This document shows, piece after piece, positions 58,620-64,000 of a stretch of 64,000 nucleotides of DNA. Source of the stretch: Hydrolagus affinis (taxonomy: Eukaryota); contig JAAILG010000259.1 in the NCBI GenBank assembly GCA_012026655.1, positions 1-64,000 on the forward strand, in the 5' to 3' direction. Position 1 is the first letter of the stretch. Each line of letters begins with the position of its first letter. The translations under genes and the position numbers were made by a program. The notes under the pieces were generated by a model. The model worked only from the letters and a program-made list of their open reading frames with translations. It was not told the DNA's origin and did no database searches.

Positions 58620-58865
58620 CGTGGATCCCTATTGTTCCATCCACAAAACACACAGTCACTATATTTTACAGTATATCTTGCGAAGTGCTTTGAGACGTCT
58701 CATCAGCGTGATAAAGCGCTATGTCAAATGTAAATAGTATTATTACTAACAGCCAACATGACTTGACCATCTAGCAGTGCTGTCTTACACCGACAGCTTT
58801 AAACGCTCCGAGATGCCGTCCGGTGCCTCAGAGGGCGCCGTATAAATGCAAGTTGGTGTTGTTGT
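58620..58865 (+). mobile_element. SINE 3' fragment followed by an L2 tail
   Basis: gaagtgctttgagacgtc...aaatagtattatta; gagggcgccgtataaatgcaagttggtgttgttg. Confidence 0.75.
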
Positions 58866-61800
58866 GAGACGTTGATTTGACCCCAACCTCCATTCTTCAT
58901 TCTTTCAATTAAGTACATTGCGTTAGAATGGTCATCTGCTCACAATGTCCTGGCTCAGATCAGGAAGTTACCATCTGGGAAAGGTGGAGAGGAAATCCTG
59001 TGACTTCTACATGTAGCACAGCAAGTAGATCCCTTGGGTAGCTGCTGTACGCAGCTATCCATTAGCTGCGTACAGCTAATGGGAGCAAGGAGAAATGATC
59101 ACATCACAACCGTATATTTATTTCCAATTTCCTATCGACAGTGACTGTGAACAATGTAAGTTAGGTAATGCATTGCCAGACATCCAGCCATATAGCCAAG
59201 ATTTCAATCGCTATTAACATTTCAATTAGACAGCACATTAAGTATCAAGATAAATAATGATTTGCATATTTTTGTTCTAGCACTTTTGTTCTATTGAATG
59301 GAGTGTCAGCATTACATTTAGTTATATATAAAAATAACAGTTACATATGAATGTAGTTACTTAAAATGATCAGAGACAGAACATCATTACTCCAGCGCAC
59401 TTGAATCCAGCATTAAATAGCTGATAACTGGCCATAAAAGTCTCATCAGAGTCCGGCTTCTTCGAGTGAGAAGAATATGTAACTATTAATCTGAGTTTGT
59501 AATCAACAGCCAACGTGCTATTTAAATAATCATTCAAAAATCAATAGTACTCACAGCATTTCTGTCGTTTCTTTGAACATTTTGGGAGTTTCTTGTTAAA
59601 CTTCTGACTTCATTTCATTGGACCTGTAAAGCTGCTGTCAATCACAGATGGCAATCCACACTCTGACATCTCACACACAAATGGTGTCATCACAGCATCC
59701 TATAACCCCATTAACCATGATTGATTTTAACCTGACAGGCTGAGTGTAAATAGACAGCTGGATCTTTATTTACAAGCTTTCAACCCTTAAATTGCTAAAA
59801 AAAATAATAAATTGGAATGGATTTGAATTGAGATCAATTGCTAATCTAGCATGCAGTTGCACAACTCATAGTGACTGTATCTGTGTATCCTGGAATCGGG
59901 AAATGAAAATGGTAATATGTTAGCAGGAGCCTATTTAACAAAAAAGATGGAGATTGAAATTCTACTTTTGTCTAAATGTATTCTATTTCTTCAATGTTTT
60001 AAAGCATTCTATGTTTTTGAATTTAGTCCTAACTTTGAAGCGAGTTAGTTTTTTTAAAAAAAAACATAGAATTCTTCTTTAAAAAATCAAGACTGTAGTT
60101 ATTTTCTGTGCACACCAAGTAGTGAATTCATTGAGGGGGACTAAATGTTGCTCTGTTATTCGGCAGATTTCACAAATGTGTTCTTGTGCATTCATACACT
60201 GTATAATCCTCCTGTGATCATTTCATTTTGCAATTCATGTTGTACGAACCTACCTTCCTCGACAATAAAACTCTGGGATGTACACATCAGAGATGCTTGT
60301 GAATGAATAGAACCTTTAGACAATCTTCCTCAGAATATACGGTAATCTGAATAAAAGATAGCTTTGTTGATTAAGATGAGTAGGTTCAGAAACTCTTGCA
60401 TGCATATCAGAACAGCTAATGATCTGGTACAAGTCTGACAACTACTAACTTTGTCCTGTTTTGCTGGTGGAAATTTGGCAGCCATCAGGTGATTAAATAA
60501 GCATTTGCACTCTGATTTACGTAGTTAGATTAACTGTTTGACCACTGAGAGCAAAATTGACAAACGGCGTTGAACTTACAGAAGAACATGCTCTTTTTCA
60601 GGATGGACATTTAGTTTTGTGGCAGCATCTGAAAAGAAAGTCTGAATAGGAAGGATTTTTCCAAGTCAATGGGTTAAGATGAGGTCAGTTTCAGTTTACC
60701 TCAGCGCCATTCGCTTACATAGCAAAACCCCACCTGACATTCTGTTTTTTAGTGCGATAAGAAAGGTGATAATGCAAGAAAAAATGATGTACTGTATGTT
60801 GTTAGATAACAGATAACAACAAGTTCGATTTATATAGCGCCCTCCACACAGGATGGCATCTCAGAGCACAAATTAGACCTTGAGGGGACTAATTTGTGGC
60901 ATTTCTTCATAAGTAAATAGAGCTGTGAGGAACAGGACTTTTTGGTAACTGGAACTATATCACATTGATTATTGGGATATATTTCCAGAAGGAAATTTCA
61001 ACAGTTCTGATGTGATTCCTTATTAAGGAATTCCATTAAGAAGCCCCACAAATCAATTTGCTTCAACTCCACTTGGAAGATGCATAAAAATAATTTATCA
61101 CAGGCTTTATAGTAAGCCTTTTATACTCCCAGTGCCTAAACAAGACATTGTAGAACCATAGAAATTACAACACAGAAGGAGACCTTTATGCCTATTGAGC
61201 TGGAGCTCATCCAGTGGAGCTAACTCTTAATTGAACCCATTTATATTATGGTTACAATTACATGCAAGAAATTAATGTGCACTTGCAGTGGATCGGAGTC
61301 GCATGTCTAAACACTTCAATGAGAACAAATGGGTTTCAGAATAGCAGCATAAAACTCATACCAAACCTGCCAGCTTTGTTTGGGTGCTATTAATGCTCAG
61401 GCTAACAGACAATGGATGCAAACCTCCTGCTGATTTCAGCTTTTCACTTGACCGTAAGCACATGTGCCAGGCAAGGAATTTAATTCTTACAAATTTACGA
61501 ACTGAACTCGAGCAGCCCAGCAAACCTGAATACAATCTCTATAAGGGCTAAGCTATTAACAATCATAATAACTAAACTACAAATGGGGCAGAAGGCATAG
61601 ATCTCCTGCTTTGTATTAACAAAGAATGGTCTAGATGTGTTCTTTCACATTTGTACACAGGAATGGTCCACAAACAGCATGAAACAAATGATCAGTAATG
61701 TGTAGGGGATTGTTGGCCAGGTTGTGTGAATTGCCTTATTTGGTCTTATTGTTGTTTTGTTGTTGTTATTTTAATCAAGCCTGATTGAAAGCAATGGGGA

Positions 61801-64000
61801 GTGATGAGAATAAATCGTGATGCAGATAAACTGTGTGAGAGAGACAAATGTCATTTCACAGTCACTTTTTTATACTGCTAGGAGCAAAGCTTCACTCTCC
61901 ACTGTATAAAGGATACATTAGTCTATTTTCCTGAATCAATAAATTTGTATTCCCTCAGGGTCCGTTTAAATATATCTGTATATCCTTTTTGATAAATAAT
62001 TATTCCTTAAAATCAATTATTCAACTACTCTTTGATGTTGGATTGTGAAGCGTAAGTTAAGAGAAATATACACTATAGGTTTAACGTTACTAATGCAAAT
62101 ACTATGGCTTTTCTGAAAGGTTCACAATTATCCAAACCACCAAAACCTAGTTCTGTAAACACAAATACACATTTCAACCATCGTCTGTTTATAAAACAAT
62201 TTTCTTTAGAAAACAGTATGATCTTAAAATCTTAATGAGATTTGCGGCATCGCACAGTGTGTCACTCTCATGTCAAATCGATGGACTAGAGTAAAATCCC
62301 CGAAACAACAGGAATTGCTGAACTGTTTCACTTGAGACAAAGAAGTCCGAAGAGACGTTTGTATCCCGTGCACAGTTTATCTATCCACACCGAGGATCAC
62401 TCAGTGGGAGTCAATGTGTGGCGAGAAATGCCGTCGCTGTCCCTATAAATTTCCTCAGGCAAACATCACATATTTGGGAACGAGTGAGGTTGGAAAAGGG
62501 CGAAAGGCAAGGAAGTGCACGAGCCTGTCAAAGCAGCGAGCAGGCAGCAGTCTAAACAAACCTCTTCTCCAGCTAATGCAGGAGGCAGTGACTGCAACAG
62601 CACAGAAGGAGGACATCTGTCTTTGATTAAGGCTCCTCTCACACAGGGAGACGTTTCTGAGTGTGCTGTGGCCCAGGCGATCCTGGTATATTGGATTCCT
62701 ATGAAACAAATTAAGCTTTCTGCACACAAGCATTATGCTTTCCTCTTCTCCACGCACAGACGGTTATTGTTGGAGCTAGTGACTGCCAGGAGAAAATACA
62801 CAAAAAGAGGAGGCAGCAAAAGAGGGCAGAAAATCAGATTCCAGCCATGCAGAGAAATGCAGAACAAAGGCCGGCAATCACAGCGCATCTGGAATGAAAA
62901 ACAATTCATGTTTGCAGTGCCCGGTCCAAATCAGCAGCAGCTTCGCAACAGTCCAAACAAAACATCAGCCTTAGCAGAGGCTTTAGGAATTCTCAAGCCT
63001 TTGTAAGACACAGCACATCACAAAGAAATTAGGCGGTTGAAAGTGTTGCTGGGATAAACATCGCAAATTGTATAATAGACCAACCTCCATTTTCCCTGAA
63101 GAACAATTCTACTATAGAACTTGTATACTGCTTCAATAGCAGTCACTAGCTACAATGCTGCATTCTGTTGGGGTTCCTGTTAATAATGCCTCATTATTTC
63201 TTTAGTACCTTAGCCATTGCTTTAACACATAAAGCGTATTGTACATTTTGAACATTATTGATCAAATGGTAACACTAGGTTTTGCTGCCTCCATTGGAGT
63301 CTTCAGGAATGAATCGCAGAAGCGCATGTGTGACGAGGAGATTCGTAAGCGCTCTGGGACGCCACCCTGTGAGAGGGTCACTAAATAAAATCAAGTTGTT
63401 GTTGTTACAGTATTCTCCATTTGCCTCCAACATAACTCTCCTTTACAGAGTTGGAATGGAATAACAAGTCAGTGGTGTGGTAATTACCTCCTATTTGATA
63501 CCTTTAAAGAAAGTAAAGATAATCCTATGTTAAGATTTACCCGTTTGACTGTGTCTATGGCCACTCCCTCCCTTCTCTCTTCCTTGACATCAACCTCCGC
63601 CATTGTGCGAAAGGCACTATATAAATGCAAGTTGTTGTTAAAATTACAGATTGAAAGATGGAGATAACTGACTAGAGGCAGTGCAGAAAAGGAGACAAGG
63701 TGTAACAATAAATAACATTTCTAAATGTGTCTTGTTGTTACATCGTGTTGTGACTTTCCAGCAAACATTTTAATGATATATTTAATTTGTGAGGACATTT
63801 GTATGTCAGATACAATTTGCAAATGCTCTTAGATATCTCCATTCATGGTCTACAAAGTGAATCTAGCAGGCGAACACTTTGTTTTAGAAGCAAGAAACAC
63901 AGCACCTGTTGTTCATTTAGTCTTCATAAATGAAACAAACATGTTGGAACTTCAACAGGCGTAGACTTTGAATTCCAGGCACACTTGCAGACTGTTAGGT

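Noticed and set aside
24000-64000. Numerous 60-120-aa ORFs in the intergenic region
   Set aside because: Mostly non-ATG starts, often SINE-derived (HFTVYSVK, QSWIE) or compositionally random; no consistent exon chain.

Overview
Vertebrate genomic DNA. The repeat types (L2 LINEs with (GTT)n tails, one very abundant tRNA-head SINE, Deu-domain SINEs) suggest a cartilaginous fish, probably a chimaera; this is an inference. The only complete protein-coding gene is TMC3 (transmembrane channel-like 3) on the minus strand. I assembled 22 coding exons by hand from ATG 23688 to TAG 7652: 3348 nt, 1115 aa, all splice phases consistent, with one GC-AG intron. The first ~550 bp hold a CpG-rich promoter with two divergent ZNF143-type sites and a probable non-coding first exon of an unidentified minus-strand gene. 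Positions 24-64 kb contain no credible genes: AT-rich DNA with SINE/LINE fragments, a 100-N gap and several enhancer-like blocks. I found no convincing novel multi-gene system. The most notable observations are a foldback Tigger/pogo element with an inverted duplication of the transposase N-terminus, the GC-donor/AAG-acceptor exon 6, the paired ZNF143 sites, two overlapping mutually exclusive hairpins and a ~130-bp direct repeat.
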